Below, one piece after another: positions 8,990 through 18,794 of a DNA stretch of 27,360 bases (position 1 is its first letter; each line of letters starts with the position of its first letter). The DNA lies in assembly GCA_036171815.1 (NCBI GenBank), contig JAVHRV010000128.1, forward strand, positions 1 through 27,360. The letters run 5' to 3'. The DNA is from Patescibacteria group bacterium. Lineage in GTDB: Bacteria; Patescibacteriota; Patescibacteriia; Patescibacteriales; UBA12465. Position numbers and translations under genes: made by a program. The notes below the pieces were generated by a model that did no database searches, was not told where the DNA came from, and saw nothing but the letters and a program-made list of their open reading frames with translations.

Positions 8990-10224
8990 TCTAATAGCAT
9001 TAATATAATTAAAGCGCCCAAAATTGCTCCCGAATAAATATTGCGACGCTCTTTTTTAAGAAGAAACAGAAAAATCAAAAAAGCAATCAGGGCACCAATC
9101 CCGCTTTCCGCCCATAATAATAAAAAGACATTATGCACCGGTTGATAGTCCCAAACGTTTTTTTGATAATTATCTTGTTTTTCTGAGGCAACTACATAAT
9201 TCCCCGGGCCAATTCCCCACAGCCAATTTTTCTGAATCAGCCCCTGCGCTTCAACTAAATATTCCTGCCGCTCATTCCAAGATTTAAGTTCCAGGCGCGT
9301 CGAGGCGTCGACTCGAACTCCTAATAGATGACGATAAGGAACGGCGACAATAAAAATCATTAAGACTGAAAATAAAATTAATACGACAAAACGACCAGAG
9401 ACCCAATGGTCTTTTTTAAATAACAGTAAAATAAAAATATAAATAAGGCCAAAGGCGAAAGCGAGCCAGGCGGCGCGCGAAAAAGAAAAGAATAAGGCGC
9501 ATAAAGAAGTAAAGTAAAAAATAAACAAGAAAATTGATTCACCCATCTCCGCGGCCGAACGAATCATCTTTTTCTTAGCTAATAAATAAGCGGCAATAAT
9601 TAAAGCTAAAGCCAAAACGCCGCCAAAAATATTGGGATGGTCAAAACTCCCATAAGCCCGGAGCCAACGGCCGGAAGCTATTTCGACAACAGCCGCACCC
9701 AAAGTACTAGCATCATGATGCGCTAATCCTAAATATTTAAAAACCGGGGTTTGTTGATTTAAAAATTGATAAATACCGAGTACCGACTGGAGTAAAATAC
9801 CGGCCAAAAAACTATACAAGAGCTTAACCTTATTTAAACTCGGCTCTTCATAATTACTAACATTCAACCCAGAAAATAATAGATAAAATAAAGCTAAACC
9901 AACTAAAAATAAAATATAGTAATAAAAAGCAAGCACTTGATCACTGGCGACAAAAAAGGAAGCGAGAACAAATAAATCCAGACCCGCTAGCGACCACCAT
10001 AAACCAGATACTGGTTCATCTTGCTTATGCCGACGAATTTTATAAATAAAGAATAACACCAAAATAAAAAGCAATAAGACATGGCTCAAATACAAGCTAA
10101 TTTCGTTAAAATTAGAATTAGCCGGTCGCAAAATTATTTTAGTCTGCCAAGGCAATAAGAAGACGAATAAATAAAAAAGCGCTTCAATAAGTTGTCGAAA
10201 AAATTTGCTGAATTTTATTTCCAT
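8926..10224 (-). CDS. O-antigen ligase/Wzy_C-like polytopic membrane protein
   Basis: About 12 hydrophobic segments; RAYGSFDHPNIFGG, FSFSRAAW, WGIGPGNY, PVHNVFLLLWAESG, LLDHW motifs typical of Wzy_C proteins. Confidence 0.85.
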   Translation of the reverse strand: MEIKFSKFFRQLIEALFYLFVFLLPWQTKIILRPANSNFNEISLYLSHVLLLFILVLFFIYKIRRHKQDEPVSGLWWSLAGLDLFVLASFFVASDQVLAFYYYILFLVGLALFYLLFSGLNVSNYEEPSLNKVKLLYSFLAGILLQSVLGIYQFLNQQTPVFKYLGLAHHDASTLGAAVVEIASGRWLRAYGSFDHPNIFGGVLALALIIAAYLLAKKKMIRSAAEMGESIFLFIFYFTSLCALFFSFSRAAWLAFAFGLIYIFILLLFKKDHWVSGRFVVLILFSVLMIFIVAVPYRHLLGVRVDASTRLELKSWNERQEYLVEAQGLIQKNWLWGIGPGNYVVASEKQDNYQKNVWDYQPVHNVFLLLWAESGIGALIAFLIFLFLLKKERRNIYSGAILGALIILMLLDHWLLSLPFGIIFLFLMFGLI

Positions 10225-11106
10225 ATTTTTCTAAAATTTCTTGACGATTATCATGCTCATGGAACTTGAGTACCTGGTCGCTGATGATAACATGACCCGG
10301 CTTATTCCTCGCCGCTCTAATCGTCTGAGGTAATATCTTTAATTGTAGCATCTTAGCAAAAAATTCTAAATAGTCAATCGTTAAAAAGGGCGGTCGACCT
10401 AAACTAATTTTATCTTGAATCACCCACTCTGATTGAGCGCTACTCAAGCCCACTTCGTCTTTATTAACCGATAAAAACTGAGCGTATACCCCACCGCGGT
10501 CATAAAGAGAAAAAAATAACGACGCCAATAATGAAAATGGGGATCAAAAGCGGCAATTTTTAAATTATCAAGATTAAGTCGGTCGATAGTAATATAAAAA
10601 CTTAAACAAACCCGATCGCGCTTAACTTTAATGGTCGGTCGCTTATTTAATAATTTAGCTAAACCGGCACAATATAAACGACTCAACCAAATTCTTCCCG
10701 GCGCGCTAACAATAAAAAAATCTAAATCGCTACCATCGCGTAAATTATGATCACCAAAAGAATTACTTAAGGCGACTAGTCTAACAAAAGGACAAATTTT
10801 AAATAAATTAGCAAAGCGATGAGCAATTTTTAATTTACGACAACTATAATTATAGCGCTGTGCCCGAGTCACCACAATAGAATCACGTCCGACTAAAAAA
10901 TAAAAACCATTTTTCTCGGCTATTTTAGGTAGCGCGGCCTGATCTTCCTGTAAGACTCTAAGAATCTCTGACAGACTGACTAATCGATCTAAGTTTACCC
11001 AAATCTCATAAGCGGTTAAAGGATAGTCAAACAAATCAAAAAAAATAATTAACTTAACGACTGCTCGGCGCAAACCACTGTCCGTTTTAAAATCATCACT
11101 AAACAT
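10184..11106 (-). pseudogene. Nucleotidyltransferase-fold (Pol-beta superfamily-like) gene split by a -1 frameshift near 10510-10528
   Basis: 5' ORF carries FFDLFDYPLT and ALSNS...GSDLDFFIV and loses protein-like character after FHYW. The 3' ORF continues in the -1 frame (SLYDRGGVY...VIISDQVLKFHEHDNR). A T7 run on the coding strand lies at the junction. One added base gives a single 307-aa ORF from ATG 11106. Confidence 0.7.
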
Positions 11107-11107
11107 G

Positions 11108-12250
11108 TTATTCATTATTTTTAGGTCGATCAATATGTAAAACCTCTACCTGGCCTTTAACCTCGGTAATTTTAGTCACATCTTTATCAATTTTCTTAAA
11201 CTCTAAATAGGCATTATTATAATGATTAACCGTCGTCGACATGGAAACTCCCAATTTTTTCATGAATTCGTCATAACTACTAATATGCCGCTGTAATTTT
11301 TCGATATTCGCTCTAATTTCTTTAGCTTTTTCCTCAATTTGCATCGCCTTTAGTCCCTGCAAAACTGTTTGTAAATAAGCTAAAAAGGAAGTGGGCGAAA
11401 CAATAATAACCTTTTTATCACGGAAGGCATATTCAATTAGATCGCGGGTATTAACTTTAACTACCCCCACCGAATTGACCAATAAATCATAATAAATCGC
11501 TTCGGAAGGAATAAACATAAAAGCAAATTCTAAAGTGTTCTCGCTAGGTTTAACATATTTAGCTGTTTCATCAATCCGATTCTTTAAATCAGCTTTAAAT
11601 TGAATTTCTAATTTTTTGCGAGTCTCCGCGTTAGTACAATTAATTAATTTTTCATAATTTTCCAGAGAAAACTTGGCGTCGACGGGGATAATTTTATCTT
11701 TTACAAAAACTACCGCGTCAACAATGGTTCCGTCTTTAAAGGGATATTGCATCTGAAAAGACTTGGGTGGCAAAACATTTTTTAAAGTTTCTTCTAAAAA
11801 ATATTCGCCTAAAACACCGCGCTGTTTAGGATTTTTTAAAATATCTTGTAGATTCTGGAGTTGTGCCGAAAAATTCACTACCTGCTTATTGGTTTCATCA
11901 AGCTTAGTCAGTTTCTCGGTCACGTCCGCAATTAATTTAGCCGATTGCGAAGTAATATTTTGAACAATTTTAGCATTTTGACCAAATTGTTCTTGATTGG
12001 TACGATGGGTTTCTGATAATTTACGGTCCAGCTCCTGGCGCAATTCACTATTTTGCTGCGCCAGCTGAACTAATTTTTCCGATTGACGAATCGAACGCTC
12101 CAGAGCTTCGTTATTCTGTTTCTCCAGCTTTTCCATGATCTCCTCTATCTTCCCACCAGTACCATTTTTCCGGCGCAATAACAAAAAAATGACCGTGATT
12201 ATTCCGATCATGAGAACTACTAATAACAATATGATTAAAAAACTATCCAT
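11108..12250 (-). CDS. rmuC: DNA recombination protein RmuC
   Basis: N-terminal TM, coiled coil, then NPKQRGVLGE, Q..F.DG..VDAVV, IPVDAKFS, AFMFIPSEAIY, VSPTSFLAYL. Confidence 0.93.
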   Translation of the reverse strand: MDSFLIILLLVVLMIGIITVIFLLLRRKNGTGGKIEEIMEKLEKQNNEALERSIRQSEKLVQLAQQNSELRQELDRKLSETHRTNQEQFGQNAKIVQNITSQSAKLIADVTEKLTKLDETNKQVVNFSAQLQNLQDILKNPKQRGVLGEYFLEETLKNVLPPKSFQMQYPFKDGTIVDAVVFVKDKIIPVDAKFSLENYEKLINCTNAETRKKLEIQFKADLKNRIDETAKYVKPSENTLEFAFMFIPSEAIYYDLLVNSVGVVKVNTRDLIEYAFRDKKVIIVSPTSFLAYLQTVLQGLKAMQIEEKAKEIRANIEKLQRHISSYDEFMKKLGVSMSTTVNHYNNAYLEFKKIDKDVTKITEVKGQVEVLHIDRPKNNE

Positions 12251-12270
12251 ACAGTTACGAACTATTTAAA

Positions 12271-12729
12271 TTACGCTTCTCTGCCCGATTTTGTTTTTAA
12301 TAAATCCCTAATTTCTGCCAGAAGCTCTTGATCCTTAGTAAGTGGCTTAGCCTCTTCTTCTTTTTTCTCACCCTCGGTAACCATTAATTTCAATTGGGCT
12401 TTTAGTCGGCCGATCAGCTTGACCATAAAGAAAACTGCGGCAGCAACAATTAAAAAATCTAAAATATTTTGAATAAAATTACCAATGTTGACAGAAACGG
12501 CCGGCGCTAAAACCGCTCCCGTCGTGTCTAAAACCGCGCCCTTGAGTACAATTTTGACGTCAGAAAAATTTATCCCTCCCATTAAAACGCCGATCGGTGG
12601 CATAATAATATCGGCCACAAAAGAAGAAACTATCTTGCCAAATGCACCACCGATAACGACCGCCACCGCTAAATCAAGAACATTACCTTTGATAGCGAAC
12701 TCTTTAAATTCTCTAAGATATTTTTTCAT
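12271..12729 (-). CDS. mscL: Large-conductance mechanosensitive channel
   Basis: [65 protein letters not shown]. Confidence 0.98.
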   Translation of the reverse strand: MKKYLREFKEFAIKGNVLDLAVAVVIGGAFGKIVSSFVADIIMPPIGVLMGGINFSDVKIVLKGAVLDTTGAVLAPAVSVNIGNFIQNILDFLIVAAAVFFMVKLIGRLKAQLKLMVTEGEKKEEEAKPLTKDQELLAEIRDLLKTKSGREA

Positions 12730-12755
12730 ATTTTATAACTTATCCGCCGAAATAA

Positions 12756-13388
12756 TTATTCGTTTACTTCATCGCCCAGTTGATTAATAACGCTTTTAGA
12801 GGCGATAAAATCGCCCGCCGGATATTTAGATATAAAATCGCTGACTTTATCCTTAAACTTTTTTTTGTCGCACTCAATCAAAGGGTATATATCAACTAAA
12901 TACGGTTTAAGTTCTTGATCTTTCTTAGTATGGCCGTAAAGAAGATTGCCGGGTTCATCAAAATCAACTATTTCCATATCATTATTCCGCCACATTTCTA
13001 TTAAGTCCACTAAAAAATTATCTAACTGCGCTGATTGAATTTTTAATTGTTCCGCGGTTAGCTCATCTGGTTGAATAACTTCCGGTATTACCATATAACC
13101 GGCTCCGCCACCCTCGTCTTTTCCGTAAACTAACATAATCTCTGGCAGATATTGAGGGAGAAAATGTCTAATTTTTTCTAGATTATTACCATAATGTTTT
13201 TGAAATTCTTCTAGAGAAAAATTATTATAAAGGCCATCGGATAATCTAATCGTTAATCGCTTAACCAATATATTTTTATTTTTCTTTAAGCGCTCAAGAG
13301 AAGTATTAAAACAACCCCTCTCCGCAACTGGTAATTTTATTTTTTTACCGGGTTGAAAAGGCAATTGATTGTTTTCTTTAAAAAACAT
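12756..13388 (-). CDS. Hypothetical protein, possibly atypical kinase-like fold
   Basis: 210-aa ORF co-oriented between gyrA and mscL with ATG and tight spacing. Kinase-like motifs are weak (see findings). Confidence 0.6.
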   Translation of the reverse strand: MFFKENNQLPFQPGKKIKLPVAERGCFNTSLERLKKNKNILVKRLTIRLSDGLYNNFSLEEFQKHYGNNLEKIRHFLPQYLPEIMLVYGKDEGGGAGYMVIPEVIQPDELTAEQLKIQSAQLDNFLVDLIEMWRNNDMEIVDFDEPGNLLYGHTKKDQELKPYLVDIYPLIECDKKKFKDKVSDFISKYPAGDFIASKSVINQLGDEVNE

Positions 13389-13432
13389 AACTTAAAAATT
13401 AATTTTTCAAGCCAAAAAAATAAATAATAAGC

Positions 13433-15964
13433 CTAAACCCAAGTAACGCCGGCGACTTTATCGCCTTCATCCTTAAAGCGCATAATGCGAACCCCTTGCG
13501 TATCACGGCCTAAGACGCTCACTGATTTAAACGGCGTCCTAATAACCTGTCCTTGTTCAGAAATAATAATAATATCGCGATCAACCATATTATCGGCATT
13601 AACTAAGAAAGCGTTAGTAATATCGCCGGTTTTAGCCGCTACTTTAGCGGTCTTAATCCCGCTACCGCCGCGGCCCTGAATCTTATAAGCGCTAAAATCG
13701 GTTCGTTTACCAAAACCGTGCGCCATAATTGTCAAAATCTGATAATTTCTTTTTCTCTCTTTATCGGTTTTAGCAATACCCATCCCAATGACTAAATCGT
13801 CCTTATGTAGCCTAATACCATGTACACCGGCCGCGCCCCGCCCCATATCTCTCACATCCGTTTCCTTGAATCTAATAGCTTGGCCCTTGGCGGTCACGAG
13901 TTGAATATGATCGCTGCCGGAAGTTGGCTTGACCCAAATTAATTTATCATCGTCTCTAATTTTAATAGCAATTAAACCGCTGCGCCGCACGTTCGAAAAC
14001 GCGCTAAGCTCTACTTTTTTGACCAAACCCTTGGCGGTTGCAAAAAACAAATATTTACTAAAAATTGCTTTATCTAAAGGTAAAATAGAAGAAATCTGCT
14101 CACCCCCGATAAGTTGCAAAAAATTCACAACCGGTGTTCCTTTGGCGATTCGGGAAGCTTGCGGAATTTCATAGACTTTTAATTGAAACACTCGCCCCTT
14201 AGTGGTAAAGAAAAGAACATCGTTATGCGTCTGCGAAGAAAACATAAATTCAACCATATCTTCTTCCTTGGTCGTCAAACCCATAACGCCTTTTCCGCCC
14301 CGGGCTTGGACTTTAAACGTATCCGGCTCCAGTCTCTTAATATAACCGTCGCGAGTCATCATCACCACCGTTTCTTCATTCGGGACTAGGTCCTCCATAC
14401 TAAATTCTTTAATGCCATGAACGACAACCTGGGTACGGCGTTCATCACCGAATTTATCAGCCAAAACCCTTAATTCGTCCCGAACAATACCCCGAATTCT
14501 CGCTACTGATTTAAGAATAGCTTCTAATTCTTTAATTAATTTTAATTTTTCTTTCAGTTCTTCTTCAATCCTTAATTGCTCTAAATTGGCTAAATTCTGA
14601 AGACGCATTTCCAAAATCGCGATGGCTTGCCGGTCGGATAATTTAAATTTTTTAATCAAATTGAGCTTAGCGACTTCTTTATCTTTAGAAGCCTTAATGG
14701 TTTTGATAACTTCATCAATGTGTTTTAAAGCGATCATCAGCCCCTCTAAAATATGCGCCCGATCTTGAGCTTTATTTAAATCGAACTGCGTTCGCCGACG
14801 AACTACTTCAGCGCGATGATTAATATATTCCTCTAAAATCATCTTGAGCGTCAAAACCTTCGGTTGAATACCGTCAACCAAGGCGAGCATATTTAGATGA
14901 AAAGTCGTTTGTAAAGAAGTATGCTTATATAAACTGTTTAAAATCTTTTTAGGATAAGCATCTTTTTTAATTTCAATCACAATCCGCACGCCATCTTTAT
15001 CTGATTCGTCGCGCAGTGCTTTAATCCCTTCAACTTTTTTGTCTTTTACTAAGTCGGCAATCTTTTCGACTAAATCCGCTTTATTAACCTGATAAGGAAT
15101 TTCGGAAATAATAATTCGAAAACCGCCACTTTTTTCTTCTTCAATTTCGGCTTGACCACGAACAACAATTCCGCCTTTACCCGTCGCGTAAGCGGCTAAA
15201 ATTTCCTTATGGTCATAAATTATCCCGCCCGTCGGGAAATCTGGCCCCTTCACAAATTGCATTAAATCTTCAATACTGGCCTCGGGATTAGTAATTAAAT
15301 GATCAATTGCAGCGGCCAGTTCCTTTAAATTATGGGGGGGGATATTAGTAGACATCCCGACCGCGATTCCCATTGTTCCATTTAATAATAAGTTTGGTAA
15401 TTTAGAGGGTAAAAGACTTGGCTCTTGATGACTACCATCATAATTTGGAATAAAATTAACCGTATCTTTATCAATATCAAAAAGCATTTCTTCGGCCACG
15501 GCTGATAATTTCGCTTCCGTATAACGCATCGCGGCCGCGTTATCGCCATCCATAGAACCAAAATTTCCCTGACCGCGAACCAGAGGGTAGCGCATCGAAA
15601 AGTCTTGTGCCATCCTTACCATCGAATCATAAACCGCGCTATCGCCATGCGGATGATATTTACCTAAAACTTCACCGACAACCGTCGCTGATTTACGAAA
15701 TTTAGCATTAGCTTTTAAACCGATATTCCACATCGCGTAAAGAATACGGCGATGAACCGGCTTTAAGCCATCGCGGACATCTGGTAAGGCGCGCGAAACA
15801 ATAACGCTCATGGCATATTCTAAGTAGGACTTGCTCATCTCATCATAAATCGGTTGTTCTTCGACTAATCCGTAAGCGGTTTTTTTCCGCAAATTATTAG
15901 TTACCGCCGATTCTGGTTCTTGTCGGCCAGACTTTTCTTTATTATCCTTCATTGATTGAGACAT
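13433..15964 (-). CDS. gyrA: DNA gyrase subunit A
   Basis: [26 protein letters not shown], catalytic [11 protein letters not shown], GyrA-box QARGGKG, C-terminal pinwheel repeats. Confidence 0.98.
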   Translation of the reverse strand: MSQSMKDNKEKSGRQEPESAVTNNLRKKTAYGLVEEQPIYDEMSKSYLEYAMSVIVSRALPDVRDGLKPVHRRILYAMWNIGLKANAKFRKSATVVGEVLGKYHPHGDSAVYDSMVRMAQDFSMRYPLVRGQGNFGSMDGDNAAAMRYTEAKLSAVAEEMLFDIDKDTVNFIPNYDGSHQEPSLLPSKLPNLLLNGTMGIAVGMSTNIPPHNLKELAAAIDHLITNPEASIEDLMQFVKGPDFPTGGIIYDHKEILAAYATGKGGIVVRGQAEIEEEKSGGFRIIISEIPYQVNKADLVEKIADLVKDKKVEGIKALRDESDKDGVRIVIEIKKDAYPKKILNSLYKHTSLQTTFHLNMLALVDGIQPKVLTLKMILEEYINHRAEVVRRRTQFDLNKAQDRAHILEGLMIALKHIDEVIKTIKASKDKEVAKLNLIKKFKLSDRQAIAILEMRLQNLANLEQLRIEEELKEKLKLIKELEAILKSVARIRGIVRDELRVLADKFGDERRTQVVVHGIKEFSMEDLVPNEETVVMMTRDGYIKRLEPDTFKVQARGGKGVMGLTTKEEDMVEFMFSSQTHNDVLFFTTKGRVFQLKVYEIPQASRIAKGTPVVNFLQLIGGEQISSILPLDKAIFSKYLFFATAKGLVKKVELSAFSNVRRSGLIAIKIRDDDKLIWVKPTSGSDHIQLVTAKGQAIRFKETDVRDMGRGAAGVHGIRLHKDDLVIGMGIAKTDKERKRNYQILTIMAHGFGKRTDFSAYKIQGRGGSGIKTAKVAAKTGDITNAFLVNADNMVDRDIIIISEQGQVIRTPFKSVSVLGRDTQGVRIMRFKDEGDKVAGVTWV

Positions 15965-16017
15965 AAAAATTAAACGAAAAACTAATAGTGTAAATACTGA
16001 TCAAAAGATAAGATTAT

Positions 16018-16524
16018 TTAATAAGCAATAACCGTGACCCCCTCACAACCAACCGGAATCTGGCAAGGACGGCTGATGCCGATAGTCGGCATACAATCAA
16101 TATAGGCCGGGCAATTCTGTTTCTTATTAATTAGGGGACTGCTGGCCGACTTAATTCCGTCACTCGAAGAAGCCAGGGGAGGTAAATTCGACTCAGTCGT
16201 CGAGGAAGTTAATTTATTGGTTTTTTGTAATAAATCCGCTAAAAGCTGTTCCCCGGCTAAATTATTTTTGACGGCCTCTTGCTCGATATTTCTATTTTTT
16301 TCTAATATTTTAAGTTGATCGGCGATACCGTTTAAAGTACCACTCAAACTATTTCGCAAATCAGTCCATTCTTGACTCTTGGCTGTTTCGGCCGCGCCCT
16401 CTCGATAATCGTTAGCCAGCCATAAATTTTTTAAATTAAAACACCAAATAACCAACAGGCTAATAACAAATAAAGCCCCGATGATTTTCAAAACTACTAT
16501 TTTAAATTGGCGTTTCTCGGCCAT
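16018..16524 (-). CDS. Membrane-anchored hypothetical protein with coiled coil, Ser-rich linker and C-terminal 4-Cys motif
   Basis: N-terminal TM (IIGALFVISLLVIWCF); C-terminus CPAYIDCMPTIGISRPCQIPVGCEGVTVIAY; tightly coupled to ndk. Confidence 0.7.
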   Translation of the reverse strand: MAEKRQFKIVVLKIIGALFVISLLVIWCFNLKNLWLANDYREGAAETAKSQEWTDLRNSLSGTLNGIADQLKILEKNRNIEQEAVKNNLAGEQLLADLLQKTNKLTSSTTESNLPPLASSSDGIKSASSPLINKKQNCPAYIDCMPTIGISRPCQIPVGCEGVTVIAY

Positions 16525-16527
16525 AAT

Positions 16528-17130
16528 TTATTCTTTAATCCCATCTAAATTAACATCATAAAGAATCTGCTCAACGATTAAACGATATTGTAAAATTTCA
16601 TTTGAACCGAACCAAATTGGTATTTCTCGCTCCGCATCCGCCACCGGATCAGAACAATGGACTAAATTACGAACGGCTCGATTATCAATACTAGATAACT
16701 CATAAGAATCAAGGGTATAATCACCGCGAATAGTTCCCCCGTCTGAAGTCAGCGGTTCAGTCGAGCCCACTAATTTTTTTACGATACCAACGGCCTGATT
16801 ACCCTCCCAAATCATCGGAATAATCGGTCCGCAACTCATAAATTTAACCAGAGCTCTAATAATATCCTTACCATACTCAATCGCCTCTTTTTCAATCGGT
16901 AAACCCGCCGCCTGTCTCTCTTCAATAGTTCTCTCCCCCTTCTTTTTAAACCATTCCTCATTCTTATCGTAATGTTGCCAAAGCTGTTCCTCGGTTGCAA
17001 AAATAAGTTTAAGGGCCACTAATTTCAAACCCGTATTTTCTATCCGCTTAATGATCTCCCCTACCAAACCGCGTTGCACCGCGTCTGGCTTAAGAATCAC
17101 GAAAGTTCTCTCTTTTTTAGGATTAGTCAT
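16528..17130 (-). CDS. ndk: Nucleoside-diphosphate kinase (long form with insertion)
   Basis: ERTFVILKPDAVQRGLVGEII, VKKLVGSTEP, GTIRGDY, RNLVHCSD (phospho-His), REIPIWF. Confidence 0.95.
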   Translation of the reverse strand: MTNPKKERTFVILKPDAVQRGLVGEIIKRIENTGLKLVALKLIFATEEQLWQHYDKNEEWFKKKGERTIEERQAAGLPIEKEAIEYGKDIIRALVKFMSCGPIIPMIWEGNQAVGIVKKLVGSTEPLTSDGGTIRGDYTLDSYELSSIDNRAVRNLVHCSDPVADAEREIPIWFGSNEILQYRLIVEQILYDVNLDGIKE

Positions 17131-17153
17131 AATTTCTATAAATTAAATAAATT

Positions 17154-17798
17154 TTACAGGCTTAAGATTACTAGTTCCATATCTTCACTCGGCAAATCTT
17201 TTTTAGATATTTTCAGCTTCTCCTCATAACTCGGCGTTAAACCGATCTCTTTAATAAACCGCTCTATTCCTTCAATATCTATTTTCAAATCCTTAGTCTT
17301 ATAATGCATCGGGATAACGATTCGCGGCTCAACCTGAGAGATAACTTCGACGGCCTGTTTAGCGTCTAAGGTATATTTTCCGCCGACCGGAATAAGTAAA
17401 ATATCTGTTCCCGCTAATTTTTCCAGCTGAGTGTTATCAAGCGCTTGTCCTAAATCGCCTAAATGAGTAATAGAAATATCATCAATTTCAATCCGATAAA
17501 TTATATTAGCCCCTCTTTCCGCCCCGTTTTTGTCATCATGATAAGAATCGATCCCCTCAACTAAAACTCCTTTAAAATCATACTCGCCGGCACAATCAAT
17601 AATAAAAGGCTCCCCGCGTAAAGCCGCCACATTATTATGATCATGATGCGCGTGAGAAACCGTAATAATATCCGTCTCAAAATTAGGAACTTTTAAACCG
17701 ACCTCTTTACTAAAGGGGTCAGTAGTAACAGTTACTCCGTCCGGTCCAATCTTGTCCTGAATTTTAAAACAGGAATGTCCTTGCCAAGTAATAATCAT
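17154..17798 (-). CDS. Metallo-beta-lactamase-fold hydrolase (Lactamase_B_3-like)
   Basis: ITWQGHSCF, TDPF, VSHAHHDH (HxHxDH), HLGDLG, DILLIPVGG, VIPMHY. Confidence 0.9.
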   Translation of the reverse strand: MIITWQGHSCFKIQDKIGPDGVTVTTDPFSKEVGLKVPNFETDIITVSHAHHDHNNVAALRGEPFIIDCAGEYDFKGVLVEGIDSYHDDKNGAERGANIIYRIEIDDISITHLGDLGQALDNTQLEKLAGTDILLIPVGGKYTLDAKQAVEVISQVEPRIVIPMHYKTKDLKIDIEGIERFIKEIGLTPSYEEKLKISKKDLPSEDMELVILSL

Positions 17799-17838
17799 AT
17801 AGCTAAAACAATAAAAATAGGTCTAATAACCTATTTTT

Positions 17839-17867
17839 AGTATAACAAATAAATCAGTAGCGGTCAA
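17839..17867 (-). promoter_or_regulatory. Sigma70-type promoter TTGACC-N17-TATACT with TG extension, driving the MBL-ndk-hypothetical-gyrA run
   Basis: Minus strand: -35 TTGACC (17867-17862), 17-nt spacer ending in TGT, -10 TATACT (17844-17839). Confidence 0.7.
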
Positions 17868-17915
17868 ACCAAAAACAACTAAAAATTACCTTAAAAATAG
17901 ACAAAATAACCCGTA

Positions 17916-18794
17916 TTAATGATACTCAAAGGGCGGAATTATAAACTGAATACTTCCGGCCTGATCTGTTCTTTTAACGGTAATTCCTAATTTCGCCGCC
18001 CGAGCTAGAAGGTCGGGATCAGGATGCCCGAATTTATTATCAGCGCCGACAGAAACAACTAACCAAACGGGCCGAACCAGCTCTAAAAATCTAAGGCTAT
18101 TAGCACTTTTAGAACCATGGTGCGAGGCTTTTAAAACATTGGCGGTTAAATTAAGACCCGAAGTTGAAAGAGTTTGCTCAACTTGGCTACTGTTATCCCC
18201 GGCCAATAAAAATTTTTGTCCTTGGCAATTTAAATTAGCTATTAAAGAATTATTTTCATCTTTTTTTATTCTTAAAACTTGAGGATTCCACAAATCTAAA
18301 CTACAGCCAGCGGAAAAAAATAATTGTCGGCGACTCGTTAAAATCGTTGTCGGTATATTCCGAACCTTAACGACAGCTAAAAGCTCCTCTAAAACGGGCG
18401 AACGATAATCGCTAGGAGCGTAAATTAAATGTTTAACTTTATACCGGCGCACAATTTCAATTAGCCCGGTAATGTGATCATCGTGAGAATGACTAAAAAT
18501 TAGATAATCAAGCTGACGGCGATAAAAAGGTAAAAAATCGCCCAAGCGTCGCAGAATCTTATTATCCGGCCCGCCATCAATTAAAATGATTCGGCCCGTC
18601 GGAGTTTTTATTAAGCTAGAGTCGCCTTGTCCGACATCCAGGAAAGTAACCGCCAGAGAACCGGCGGCGTTAGGTAAGATAAAAATTAAAAAAAATAAAA
18701 CTAATAATACCGACAAAATACCACCAAAAATTAAAAAATACTTAAAACCTGATTTTTTAATCCCCGCTCGTAATTTTTGAATAATTAATGGCAT
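17916..18794 (-). CDS. Stand-alone ComEC/Rec2 C-terminal-type MBL-fold hydrolase with a single N-terminal TM
   Basis: VTFLDVGQGDSSLI, ILIDGG, SHSHDDHITG, ENNSL, LLAGD, LKASHHGSK, VSVGADNKFGHP, RTDQAGSI. No ComEC membrane channel domain. Confidence 0.88.
   Translation of the reverse strand: MPLIIQKLRAGIKKSGFKYFLIFGGILSVLLVLFFLIFILPNAAGSLAVTFLDVGQGDSSLIKTPTGRIILIDGGPDNKILRRLGDFLPFYRRQLDYLIFSHSHDDHITGLIEIVRRYKVKHLIYAPSDYRSPVLEELLAVVKVRNIPTTILTSRRQLFFSAGCSLDLWNPQVLRIKKDENNSLIANLNCQGQKFLLAGDNSSQVEQTLSTSGLNLTANVLKASHHGSKSANSLRFLELVRPVWLVVSVGADNKFGHPDPDLLARAAKLGITVKRTDQAGSIQFIIPPFEYH

Noticed and set aside
13394-13407. Palindrome aaaaattaattttt between gyrA and the next gene
   Set aside because: A/T only; expected in such spacers.
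13433-15964. Intein in gyrA, parC identity or quinolone-resistance allele
   Set aside because: Normal length, continuous motifs, GyrA-box present, and the QRDR reads HGDSAVYD with the usual Ser and Asp.
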